Shown piece by piece: positions 56,817 to 64,000 of a stretch of DNA of 64,000 nucleotides. Source of the DNA: Dehalococcoidia bacterium (GTDB taxonomy: Bacteria > Chloroflexota > Dehalococcoidia > Bin125); the NCBI GenBank assembly GCA_963422755.1, contig OY730488.1; one strand, written 5' to 3'. The notes beneath the pieces are model-generated. The model was given only the letters and a program-made list of their open reading frames with translations, was not told the DNA's origin and searched no databases. A program made the translations under genes and the position numbers. Position 1 is the first letter of the stretch; each line of letters starts with the position of its first letter.

Positions 56817-57131
56817 TCAGCCCTTCAACAAGGTCGTGCGGTCGACCGAGATGGTCTGACGGTTGCGGTAGACGACGAGCGCCAGCGCCAAGCCGACCGC
56901 CACCTCCGCGGCCGCCACGGCGATGATGAAGACCACGAAGACTTGCGTCGACAACGCGATCTCGGCGGGAGAGAAGCGAGAGAACGCGACCAGGGTCAGG
57001 TTGACCGCGTTGAGCATCAGCTCGACGCCGATCAGCACGCCGACCGCGTTCTTCTTCGACAGCGCGATGAACAGACCAATCGCGAAGAGGATCGCGCCCA
57101 GGACCAGGTAGTGTTCGAGGCCGATCGTCAT
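56817..57131 (-). CDS. nuoK: NADH-quinone oxidoreductase subunit K
   Basis: 104 aa with three TM helices and the GVELMLNAVNL motif. Confidence 0.9.
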   Translation of the reverse strand: MTIGLEHYLVLGAILFAIGLFIALSKKNAVGVLIGVELMLNAVNLTLVAFSRFSPAEIALSTQVFVVFIIAVAAAEVAVGLALALVVYRNRQTISVDRTTLLKG

Positions 57132-57757
57132 AGGACGTCCTGGTCAGTGCGAGCCGCGCCGGAGGTTCCGCTGGGAATCGGCGGATCGATCACGTCGGCT
57201 GGGTCTGTCGAGTCCACGCCGTCGAGTTCGGCTTGCAATGAGGCGGTGTGCACGGCCACATCTTCATCATCCTGGCGAGCCAGCGCGATGGCTCCGACCA
57301 GCGCTGCGGTCAGCAGCACCGCCCCGATCTCAAAGGGCAGGATGTAATGCCGGATCAAACTCTCGCCAATCAGGCGCGCCTGCTCTGTCAGCGCCGCCTC
57401 GCGGACGGTGCCCCAGTCTGTATCGATCGCGACCCAGAGCGTGGCGATCAGGACCAGCAGCACGACCAGGCCCGCGGGGACGGTCGCTTTGGTCTGCGCG
57501 TTGTCCCGCTCGGCGCGCGGCGTGAGCATGATCGCGAACAGCATCAGCACCGAGATCGCGCCGACGTAAATCAGCACTTGCACGACGGCGATGAAATCGG
57601 CGGAGAGCGTCAGATAGAGCCCGGCGATCCCGAGCATCGACATCACCAACCAGATCACAGCATGGATCAGGTTGCGGCTGATCAGGATCATCGAGGCGCC
57701 ACCGAGTGTCATCGCCGCCAGCGACCAAAATGCGAGGTGAAAGCCGAAGTCGCTCAT
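57128..57757 (-). CDS. nuoJ: NADH-quinone oxidoreductase subunit J
   Basis: It has the typical N-terminal TM pattern (VQVLIYVGAISVLMLFAIML) and an acidic/proline-rich C-terminal tail. Confidence 0.85.
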   Translation of the reverse strand: MSDFGFHLAFWSLAAMTLGGASMILISRNLIHAVIWLVMSMLGIAGLYLTLSADFIAVVQVLIYVGAISVLMLFAIMLTPRAERDNAQTKATVPAGLVVLLVLIATLWVAIDTDWGTVREAALTEQARLIGESLIRHYILPFEIGAVLLTAALVGAIALARQDDEDVAVHTASLQAELDGVDSTDPADVIDPPIPSGTSGAARTDQDVL

Positions 57758-57760
57758 CAG

Positions 57761-59065
57761 CTAATCACCGCCCACCTGGAACTGCGGTTCTTCCGTCCGC
57801 GCGGCGACTGCGCGGGCCGCGCGCAGCCCACCGATCTGGTCGCCGGCCATGCGAATCCGCGCGGGGCGACGCAGCGTCGCCGGTCGCGCTACACGGGCGA
57901 ACAGCATGACCGTGCCCAGCGTGAGGACGATGTTGCACACAGCCATGATCGGCAGCGCCACTGTGGTGTCCCAGCCTTCCGAGATCAGCAGCGTGCGCTC
58001 CACGAAGGCCACCACCACGAACAGCAGGGTCGCTGGCACGAGCGCCTTCCAGCAGAAGCCCATCAGTTGGTCGACGCGCAGCCGCGGCAGGGTACCGCGC
58101 GTCCAGATCAGTAGGAAGTAGACGGCGCCGGTCTTGAGCAACAAGATGATCCAGCTCGGGACCCACTCGTCGAGACCCCATAACCACCACCCACCGAGGA
58201 AGAACGTGGCGATGAATCCCGATACCACCAGGGCGTTGCCCAGCTCGACGGCGTAGAAGAGACCGAAGCGCATGCCGGAATACTCGGTGTGGTAACCGGC
58301 CACGATCTCCGACTCCGCCTCGGAGATGTCGGCGGGGGTGCGGTTGAGCTCCGCCGAGGCGGCGAAGAAAAAGGCGATCGCTGACAGGGGGAAGAGCAGG
58401 ATGAAGATGACGTCTTCCTGCTGCTGCCACTGGACGATGCCATTCACGGACATCGTGCCCGAGAACACCACCAGCGTCAGCAGCGCGAGCACCATCGGCA
58501 CTTCGTAGGAGATCGACATCGCAACGGCGCGCATCGCGCCGAAGAGCGCGTACTTGTTATTGGACGACCAGCCGGCCATGAAGATGACGAGTACTGCGGT
58601 ACCCGAGACGGCGAGCAGGAACAGCACGCCGACGTTGAGGTCGGCCACTGACATATTCGGTCCAAATGGCAGCACGCCCCAGATCAAGATGCCTGGCACA
58701 AAGATCAGCACGGGCGGCAAGAAGAAGATCAGCTTGTCGGCCGCGCGCGGCGCCAGCTGTTCCTTCAGGATCAGCTTGACGGCGTCGGCGACCGGTTGGA
58801 GGAGGCCTTTGGGGCCCACGCGGTTGGGGCCGTAGCGTTGCTGGAACCGAGCAATCACCTTGCGCTCGACCCAGATCAGCACCAGCAGGGTCGGCCCGAT
58901 CACTCCGAGAACCCCCAGCGCCCCCAGCAGGCCCGTGATGATCGAGGCCAACCAGTCGGGACCCCAGCCGGCGATCCACTCGGTGATCAGGCGCTGCAGG
59001 TTATTCAGATCGCGGAAGTCGTACCACGCGCCCAGGACGCTACTGAGGCCGGCGAGCTCGGTCAT
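57761..59065 (-). CDS. nuoH: NADH-quinone oxidoreductase subunit H, with N- and C-terminal extensions
   Basis: It has ERKVIARFQQRYGPNRVGPKGLLQPVADAVKL and the PRLRVDQLM motif. At 434 aa it is longer than the roughly 325-365 aa I recall for E. coli and Thermus homologs. Confidence 0.9.
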   Translation of the reverse strand: MTELAGLSSVLGAWYDFRDLNNLQRLITEWIAGWGPDWLASIITGLLGALGVLGVIGPTLLVLIWVERKVIARFQQRYGPNRVGPKGLLQPVADAVKLILKEQLAPRAADKLIFFLPPVLIFVPGILIWGVLPFGPNMSVADLNVGVLFLLAVSGTAVLVIFMAGWSSNNKYALFGAMRAVAMSISYEVPMVLALLTLVVFSGTMSVNGIVQWQQQEDVIFILLFPLSAIAFFFAASAELNRTPADISEAESEIVAGYHTEYSGMRFGLFYAVELGNALVVSGFIATFFLGGWWLWGLDEWVPSWIILLLKTGAVYFLLIWTRGTLPRLRVDQLMGFCWKALVPATLLFVVVAFVERTLLISEGWDTTVALPIMAVCNIVLTLGTVMLFARVARPATLRRPARIRMAGDQIGGLRAARAVAARTEEPQFQVGGD

Positions 59066-60222
59066 CGATCGATCTCTCCCACCACGATGTCAATCGAACC
59101 CAGCGTCACGATCGCGTCCGCCAGCGTACCGCCGATCGACATTTCCTTCAGCGCTGAGAGGTTGATCAGCGAGGGTGGTCGGCAGTGGAAGCGGTAGGGC
59201 GCCGGCCCACCGTCGGAGACAAGGTAGAACCCCAACTCGCCACGCGGGGATTCGATCCGCGCGTAGGATTCGCCTGGCTGCGGACGCGCATGCAGCGGCA
59301 CGTCGGCCAGCCAGGGGCCGTCGGGCAGATTGTCGATCACCTGTCGCAGAATCCGCAGGCTCTGCTTGACCTCCGCCATCCGCACCAGAAAGCGGTCGAA
59401 GCAGTCGCCCCGCTCACCGACCGGGACATCGAAGTCGTACTGCTCGTAGCCGGAATATGGATTCGCCTTGCGCAGATCCCAGGGCACGCCGGTGGCGCGC
59501 AGGATTGGACCCGACAGCGAGGAGTTAATCGCCAGCTCGGGCGAGATCACGCCGACGCCGCGCGCCCGCGCGTGCAGGATCTCATTCTCGAGCAAGAGCG
59601 CCTCGTAGTTGGCGATGTTCTCCGGCATGTCGGCGAGGAATTGTTCGAGCGTCGGTAGTAGCTCGTCGGGCAGGTCGAAGGCGACGCCGCCGATCCGCAT
59701 GTAGTTGGTCGTGAGTCGCGCGCCGCAGGTCATCTCGAACATGTCGAGCACCCGCTCGCGGTCGCGGAACATGTGGAACAGCGGCGTATGCCAGGCCCCG
59801 CAGTCGTTGATGAATGTGCCATTCGCCATGGCGTGGGAGGCGATCCGCTGCAACTCGGCGAACATCACGCGAATCGCCTGCGCGCGCGGCGGCGGCTCGA
59901 CGCCGAGCAACTCCTCCGCCGCCAGGCAATAGCCGAGGTTGTTGGACATCGCCGCCAGGTAGTCGATGCGGTCGGTGAAGGGAATGTTCTGTGTGTAGGT
60001 GCGTTCCTCGGCAAGCTTCTCCATCGAGCGGTGCAGATAGCCGATGCGCATTTCGGCGTCCTGCACGATCTCGCCGTCGAGCGTCACCTTGAGCCGGAAC
60101 ACACCGTGCGTTGAGGGGTGCTGTGGGCCGAGATTGACCACCACGGGTTCTGAGCCGGTGCCGCTGGCGAGCGCCTCGATCGTGCCTTGCATCGCCAGGC
60201 GGGTGTCGTCGGCGGTCGTCAC
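59062..60222 (-). CDS. nuoD: NADH-quinone oxidoreductase subunit D
   Basis: It has LGPQHPSTHGVFRL and GYLHRSMEKLAE motifs, and the C-terminal DIVVGEIDR. Confidence 0.9.
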   Translation of the reverse strand: MTTADDTRLAMQGTIEALASGTGSEPVVVNLGPQHPSTHGVFRLKVTLDGEIVQDAEMRIGYLHRSMEKLAEERTYTQNIPFTDRIDYLAAMSNNLGYCLAAEELLGVEPPPRAQAIRVMFAELQRIASHAMANGTFINDCGAWHTPLFHMFRDRERVLDMFEMTCGARLTTNYMRIGGVAFDLPDELLPTLEQFLADMPENIANYEALLLENEILHARARGVGVISPELAINSSLSGPILRATGVPWDLRKANPYSGYEQYDFDVPVGERGDCFDRFLVRMAEVKQSLRILRQVIDNLPDGPWLADVPLHARPQPGESYARIESPRGELGFYLVSDGGPAPYRFHCRPPSLINLSALKEMSIGGTLADAIVTLGSIDIVVGEIDR

Positions 60223-60818
60223 GGCGCTGCCTCACTCTCGTCCGCCACGGCGACGTCGCTGGCTGGTGGCGGATCGTTGGGGTGCAGCGGTCGCTGCGGC
60301 ACGCTGCCCGGCACTGGCCAGGCGTTCTCGGCGCCCTCGTGCGGGAAACCGGGCAAGCCGGCCCGAATCTGGCCCGGCATTTGCAGAAAGTCCTTGCGCA
60401 GCGGATAGCCGGGAAAGCCGTCCCAGAGGAAGATGCGACGCAAGTCGGGGTGGCCCTCGAAACGAATCCCGAATAGGTCGTAGACCTCGCGCTCCTGCAA
60501 ATGCGCGCCGTGGTAGAGCTCCGTCAGCGAGGGCAGCGACGGATCCTCACGTTCGAAGAGCCGCGCCTTGAGCACCAGGAGGTGATTCAGGTCCAGCGAC
60601 TGCAGGTGGTACACCATCTCGAAGTACCGCTCGTGGTCGACGGCCGTCAGATTGCAGAGGAAAACGAGGTCGCTCTCGTCCGCGTCGCGCAGCGTGCGGA
60701 CAGATGCGACCAGCGATGCAGGCTCCAGGTAGAGCTGGCCGTCGTCCAGGCAGGCGGCGCCGGGCGCGGCCGCGTTGACGATCGCCATCGCCGCCACGGG
60801 GTCGTACAGCGTGGTCAC
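60219..60818 (-). CDS. nuoC: NADH-quinone oxidoreductase subunit C
   Basis: The 30-kDa subunit pattern is present (EREVYDLFGIRFEGHPDLRRI). GTG start at 60816-60818, 1 nt after the nuoA stop. Confidence 0.9.
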   Translation of the reverse strand: MTTLYDPVAAMAIVNAAAPGAACLDDGQLYLEPASLVASVRTLRDADESDLVFLCNLTAVDHERYFEMVYHLQSLDLNHLLVLKARLFEREDPSLPSLTELYHGAHLQEREVYDLFGIRFEGHPDLRRIFLWDGFPGYPLRKDFLQMPGQIRAGLPGFPHEGAENAWPVPGSVPQRPLHPNDPPPASDVAVADESEAAP

Positions 60819-60819
60819 G

Positions 60820-61200
60820 TCAGCGCCACTCCAAAGCTTGCCGTCGCCACTCGTAGACGAGCCCTAAGAACAGCACCGCGATAAAAATCAGCGCCGCAAC
60901 CAGGCCGGTCACGACGACGGAGTCCAGCGCCACCGCCAAGGGGAAGAGAAAGATCACCTCCACGTCGAAGAGCACAAAGATCAGCGCGACCAGGTAGTAA
61001 CGGAAGTTGAACTGTACCCAGGTGGGACCTTCGGTCTCGACCCCGCACTCGTAGGTGTCGGACTTCACGGCGTTGGGCAGTCTGGGCCGTAGACCGAACT
61101 TGAACATGGCCCACGAGGCGATCAGCGGGATCGACGGGAAGACCGCGGCGAAGATCAGCAGGATGCCGAGATGCCCGTACTGTTCGAGGACATTGTCCAT
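60820..61200 (-). CDS. nuoA: NADH-quinone oxidoreductase subunit A
   Basis: The ORF was trimmed to the ATG at 61198-61200. It has three TM helices and the YECGVE motif. Confidence 0.85.
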   Translation of the reverse strand: MDNVLEQYGHLGILLIFAAVFPSIPLIASWAMFKFGLRPRLPNAVKSDTYECGVETEGPTWVQFNFRYYLVALIFVLFDVEVIFLFPLAVALDSVVVTGLVAALIFIAVLFLGLVYEWRRQALEWR

Positions 61201-61257
61201 CAGTGATGCGCCCGCTTCACACCAGCGCCCGCCAACGATGACGGGCGACTCAGGGGG

Positions 61258-61286
61258 AGTATATGCACCAGCCCGCACTCACTCAA
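61258..61286 (-). promoter_or_regulatory. Candidate sigma70-type promoter for the nuo cluster (TTGAGT-17 nt-TATACT)
   Basis: Hexamers read on the minus strand: -35 at 61281-61286 and -10 at 61258-61263, about 58 nt upstream of the nuoA ATG. This is a sequence match only. Confidence 0.3.
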
Positions 61287-61414
61287 TCTGGCCACCTGTC
61301 AGCTGGATCTGGCGGCTGGGGCCGAGGCGGACGCCGTCACGCGGCAGGCCTCTGATAGCATGGTGGATATCGTCGTGCGGCCCGGACGCGGCCGCCTCTA
61401 GGGTGAGTGCCTGC

Positions 61415-62122
61415 ATGCTGATTGATCTACACAACCACACGTGGCCGCGCTCGCACGACTCCGTGCTCGATCCCAAGGACCTCGCGATTCGCGCCAAAGA
61501 CGCCGGGCTCGATGCGATCTCGTTCACGGAGCACGACGCCCTCTGGCCAGAGGATGAGGTGCAGCGGATCGCCGAAGAGGTGGGGATCACCCTGATTCCC
61601 GGCTGTGAAGTGTCCACCGATCCCGGCCACATCCTCACCTGGGGAATGGAGAAGTACGTCTTTGGCATGCACCGCGTTGAGCGTCTGGCCGAGCACGTCT
61701 ATGAACGCGGCGGCGCGCTCGTGTTCGCACACCCCTACCGCCGCCAGATCGCCTGGAAAGATGATCCCGATGACTGGGAGCAGGCGGTCGAACGAGCCGC
61801 CAGCAACAGCGCCATGGAGCATGTCATCGCGCTGGAGATTCTGAACGGGCGCGGCAAGGAGCGCGAGAACCGGTTCTCGGCCGACCTCGCCGCGCGCAGC
61901 GGCATGAACGGCACAGCCGGTACCGACTCGCATGCCGTACACGACATCGGCAAGGTCGCAACCTGGTTCGAAACCGACGCCATTGAAACCTGGCAGGACT
62001 TGGTGCGTGAGTTGAAGACCGGCAACTTCTGCGCTGTTGATATGGCCACCGGCGAAGAATTTGCGGTACCGAGCCGCCCGCCCAAGTTCCGTATTATCAC
62101 GTCCAGCGCTGGCAGCGGCTGA
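61415..62122 (+). CDS. PHP-domain metal-dependent phosphoesterase
   Basis: The ORF was trimmed to the ATG at 61415 (MLIDLHNHTWPRSHDS...ISFTEHD...GTDSH). The upstream extension is antisense to nuoA. Confidence 0.75.
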   Translation: MLIDLHNHTWPRSHDSVLDPKDLAIRAKDAGLDAISFTEHDALWPEDEVQRIAEEVGITLIPGCEVSTDPGHILTWGMEKYVFGMHRVERLAEHVYERGGALVFAHPYRRQIAWKDDPDDWEQAVERAASNSAMEHVIALEILNGRGKERENRFSADLAARSGMNGTAGTDSHAVHDIGKVATWFETDAIETWQDLVRELKTGNFCAVDMATGEEFAVPSRPPKFRIITSSAGSG

Positions 62123-62254
62123 GCCCGCCGCTGCCTCTGCTAGGCCGCAGCCAGACCGACGGCAACAGACGACGTCCAGCAGCAGCGCTCTGAGGCAGCA
62201 CGCAGGTAGAATGTCTAGACAGAGCGTCTGAAGCACACATGAGGGAGGAGCTTG

Positions 62255-62773
62255 ATGGCAGACGACAAGTTCGAGTCAGTCATTACTGACGAGATGCGCG
62301 CCCTGATTGGCGTCAAGGGATCGGAAACGATCAGCGAGCTGACCACGACCAGCGTGCGCATGTTCGCCCGCTCCGTAGGCTACGTCGACCCAGCCTTCTA
62401 CGACGAGGCCGTCGCGCAGGCGCGAGGCTTCCGCAGTCTGCCGGCGCCTCCGGGATATCTCGGCACGCCGATCTTCAACCCCGCCGATTCCGATCCAACC
62501 TTCGGCGGTCGACGCGGCAGCGGCGGATTCCGCTCGCCCTACCCACTGGTGCTCAACGGCGGAACCGACATCGAGTACACCAACGAGCAGATTTGCGCCG
62601 GCGACACGCTCACCTCGGCGACAGCGCTGGCTTCGCTTAACGAACGCTGGAGCGGCGCGCTCGGCGTGCCGATGCTGATCCAGGTGTCGGAGACGACCTA
62701 CACTAACCAGCACGGCAAGGTGGTCGCGATCTCTCGCGGCACGGGCATTTCCTACCCCCGACCGGGCGAGTAG
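62255..62773 (+). CDS. FAS1-like / MaoC N-terminal-type dehydratase domain protein (HadA-like), second copy
   Basis: The ATG at 62255 follows a GAGGGAGGAG SD. It has the pattern VRMFARSVGYVDPAFYD...PPGY. Confidence 0.65.
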   Translation: MADDKFESVITDEMRALIGVKGSETISELTTTSVRMFARSVGYVDPAFYDEAVAQARGFRSLPAPPGYLGTPIFNPADSDPTFGGRRGSGGFRSPYPLVLNGGTDIEYTNEQICAGDTLTSATALASLNERWSGALGVPMLIQVSETTYTNQHGKVVAISRGTGISYPRPGE

Positions 62774-62828
62774 CGGCGCAGCTGACATCGGCGGTACACT
62801 AACGCGCAAGAACTGGAGGAGCAGTAAC

Positions 62829-63296
62829 ATGTCCGACGCAGTACCAGACCAGATCTACTTCGAGGACATCGAAGTCGGGGACAGTATCCCGGAACTGGAG
62901 AAGAACCCGACGAGTCAGCAGCTCGTGCAATGGGCAGCCGGCTCCGGCGACTTCTACCAGATTCACTACGACACACAGTACGCGCAGGACACCGGCCTGG
63001 ACGACATCATCGTCCACGGCGCGCTCAAGCATGCGTTTCTGGGCGAGCTGCTCTGGCGGTTTGCCGGGCCACAGGGACAGGTCAAGCGGGTGCAGTGCTC
63101 GTACCGCGGCATGGACCCCGCTTCGCAAGGCCGCGAATCCGCCCAAGAGCGTGAGTTCACTCTCCGCGGCACGGTCACGCGTAAGTACACCGAGGGCGAG
63201 CGCAACATCGTTGAGCTTAACGTCGAGGGTGTGCGCGGGGACGGCTCGGTGAGCACGCCGGGTACCGGTGTCGTCATCCTGCCCAGCCGCGGCTAG
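62829..63296 (+). CDS. MaoC-like hydratase/dehydratase (HadB/C-like), second copy
   Basis: It has WAAGSGDFYQIHYDTQYA...IVHGAL, a hot-dog fold hydratase 2 context. Confidence 0.75.
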   Translation: MSDAVPDQIYFEDIEVGDSIPELEKNPTSQQLVQWAAGSGDFYQIHYDTQYAQDTGLDDIIVHGALKHAFLGELLWRFAGPQGQVKRVQCSYRGMDPASQGRESAQEREFTLRGTVTRKYTEGERNIVELNVEGVRGDGSVSTPGTGVVILPSRG

Positions 63297-63321
63297 TCCC
63301 GCAGCAGCAACGACCACCCTT

Positions 63322-63362
63322 ATGGACTCACCGCGTCCGCTTCAGGTGGCGTGGTGAGTCCA
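63322..63362. terminator. Strong hairpin between convergent genes (possible bidirectional terminator)
   Basis: ATGGACTCACC (63322-63332) pairs perfectly with GGTGAGTCCAT (63352-63362). No clear U-tract on either side. Confidence 0.4.
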
Positions 63363-63393
63363 TGGGATCGCCGGGCAGAGTGCGTAGTCAGGC

Positions 63394-63963
63394 TCAACGG
63401 CTAACCTTGCGCCGTTGATAGTCTCGATCCCAGAACCACTCGCGCAAGACGTGCATCTGATGGAAGCGGTGCTGACCGCGCCGCACGCGACCGCAATCGC
63501 GAAAGCCGGCCGCTGAAAATGACCGTTGCGCCCGAACGTTCCAGTCGAGGGTGTGTAGATACACGCGCGTCAGCGCTGTGTGTGTGAAGATGTGATCCAG
63601 CAGCAGGCGGACTGATTCTCGTCCGTAGCCGCCGTTCCAGCACGTGCGATCGCCCAACAGGATGCCTAGCTCCGTCTCACGCCGCTGGAAGTCCGTGTTG
63701 TAATACATCACGTTGCCGATATGGCTGCTGTCGTCCAGCCGTTCGACCGCGAAGGTCGAGTGATAGGCGGGCGTCGAGCGCAGCTGCCAGGCGTACTGGT
63801 TGCGGTACTGCTCGAAGGTCAGCGGACTGAGTGGCGCCGCATCGAGCTCGGCCAGTTCCTCGTCCGTGCGCCAGATCCAGTCGAGTTCGGCGTCTGCTAT
63901 CCGTTTACGTCGCAGCCGAACCAGTTCTCCATCCGCAATCGTGTCCGTCGGGCTGGTCAGCAC
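63394..63963 (-). CDS. GNAT family N-acetyltransferase (RimJ/RimL-like)
   Basis: 189 aa with the acetyl-CoA binding region pattern (WNGGYGRESVRLLLDHIF...TLDWNVRAQRSFSAAGF). Confidence 0.75.
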   Translation of the reverse strand: MLTSPTDTIADGELVRLRRKRIADAELDWIWRTDEELAELDAAPLSPLTFEQYRNQYAWQLRSTPAYHSTFAVERLDDSSHIGNVMYYNTDFQRRETELGILLGDRTCWNGGYGRESVRLLLDHIFTHTALTRVYLHTLDWNVRAQRSFSAAGFRDCGRVRRGQHRFHQMHVLREWFWDRDYQRRKVSR

Positions 63964-64000
63964 AACACTGTTCCCTGAACACTCTGCTCGACTGATCGCT

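Overview
The window is a visibly GC-rich bacterial chromosomal segment. Genes are densely packed and many junctions show ATGA/GTGA/TGATG stop-start overlaps. All calls come from reading the supplied translations, recalling family motifs and checking start codons and Shine-Dalgarno (SD) sites in the DNA. No database search was run. Lineage cannot be fixed from the sequence; a Chloroflexota/Thermomicrobia-like or actinobacterial organism is only a guess. Content from left to right: (1) An acyl-CoA metabolism neighbourhood (about 300-16000). It holds a flavin reductase, two crotonase-family enzymes, an SDR, an RraA-like protein, an MFS transporter, a Crp/Fnr regulator and four family III CoA-transferase paralogs in two translationally coupled pairs. 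A HEAT+SpoU methyltransferase, an RlpA-like protein and an HtrA protease are interspersed. (2) CinA/PncC, an alpha/beta hydrolase, glycolate oxidase glcDEF and an AiiA-like MBL hydrolase. (3) An Mrp/ApbC-NYN gene pair, a 575-bp noncoding region, a small Cys/His protein, pyrD and tRNA-Pro. (4) A HadAB-like hydratase pair, two cyclophilins, an ASCH-like plus methyltransferase pair, tRNA-Arg and comM/yifB. (5) A housekeeping run: rel, hisS, prfA-prmC, guaB3, rsmI, metG-tatD and a polyprenyl synthase. (6) A co-directional minus-strand block of about 14 kb: nuoA-C-D-H-J-K-(small ORF)-L-M-N, ybeY, dnaX, ybaB, recR, recO and an FmdB-type zinc-ribbon gene. (7) A PHP phosphoesterase, a second HadAB-like pair and a GNAT. 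I saw no CRISPR array, transposase, integrase, rRNA or obvious defence system. The most unusual items are the nuo cluster, which lacks nuoB, nuoI and nuoEFG yet has no gaps for them, and a tightly coupled 64-aa DUF2007/PII-fold-like ORF between nuoK and nuoL. The paired CoA-transferase quartet, the HEAT-SpoU fusion, the Mrp-NYN pair and the repeat-rich 575-bp intergenic region are of lesser interest. Most of the window is ordinary core genome, and the interest scores reflect that.
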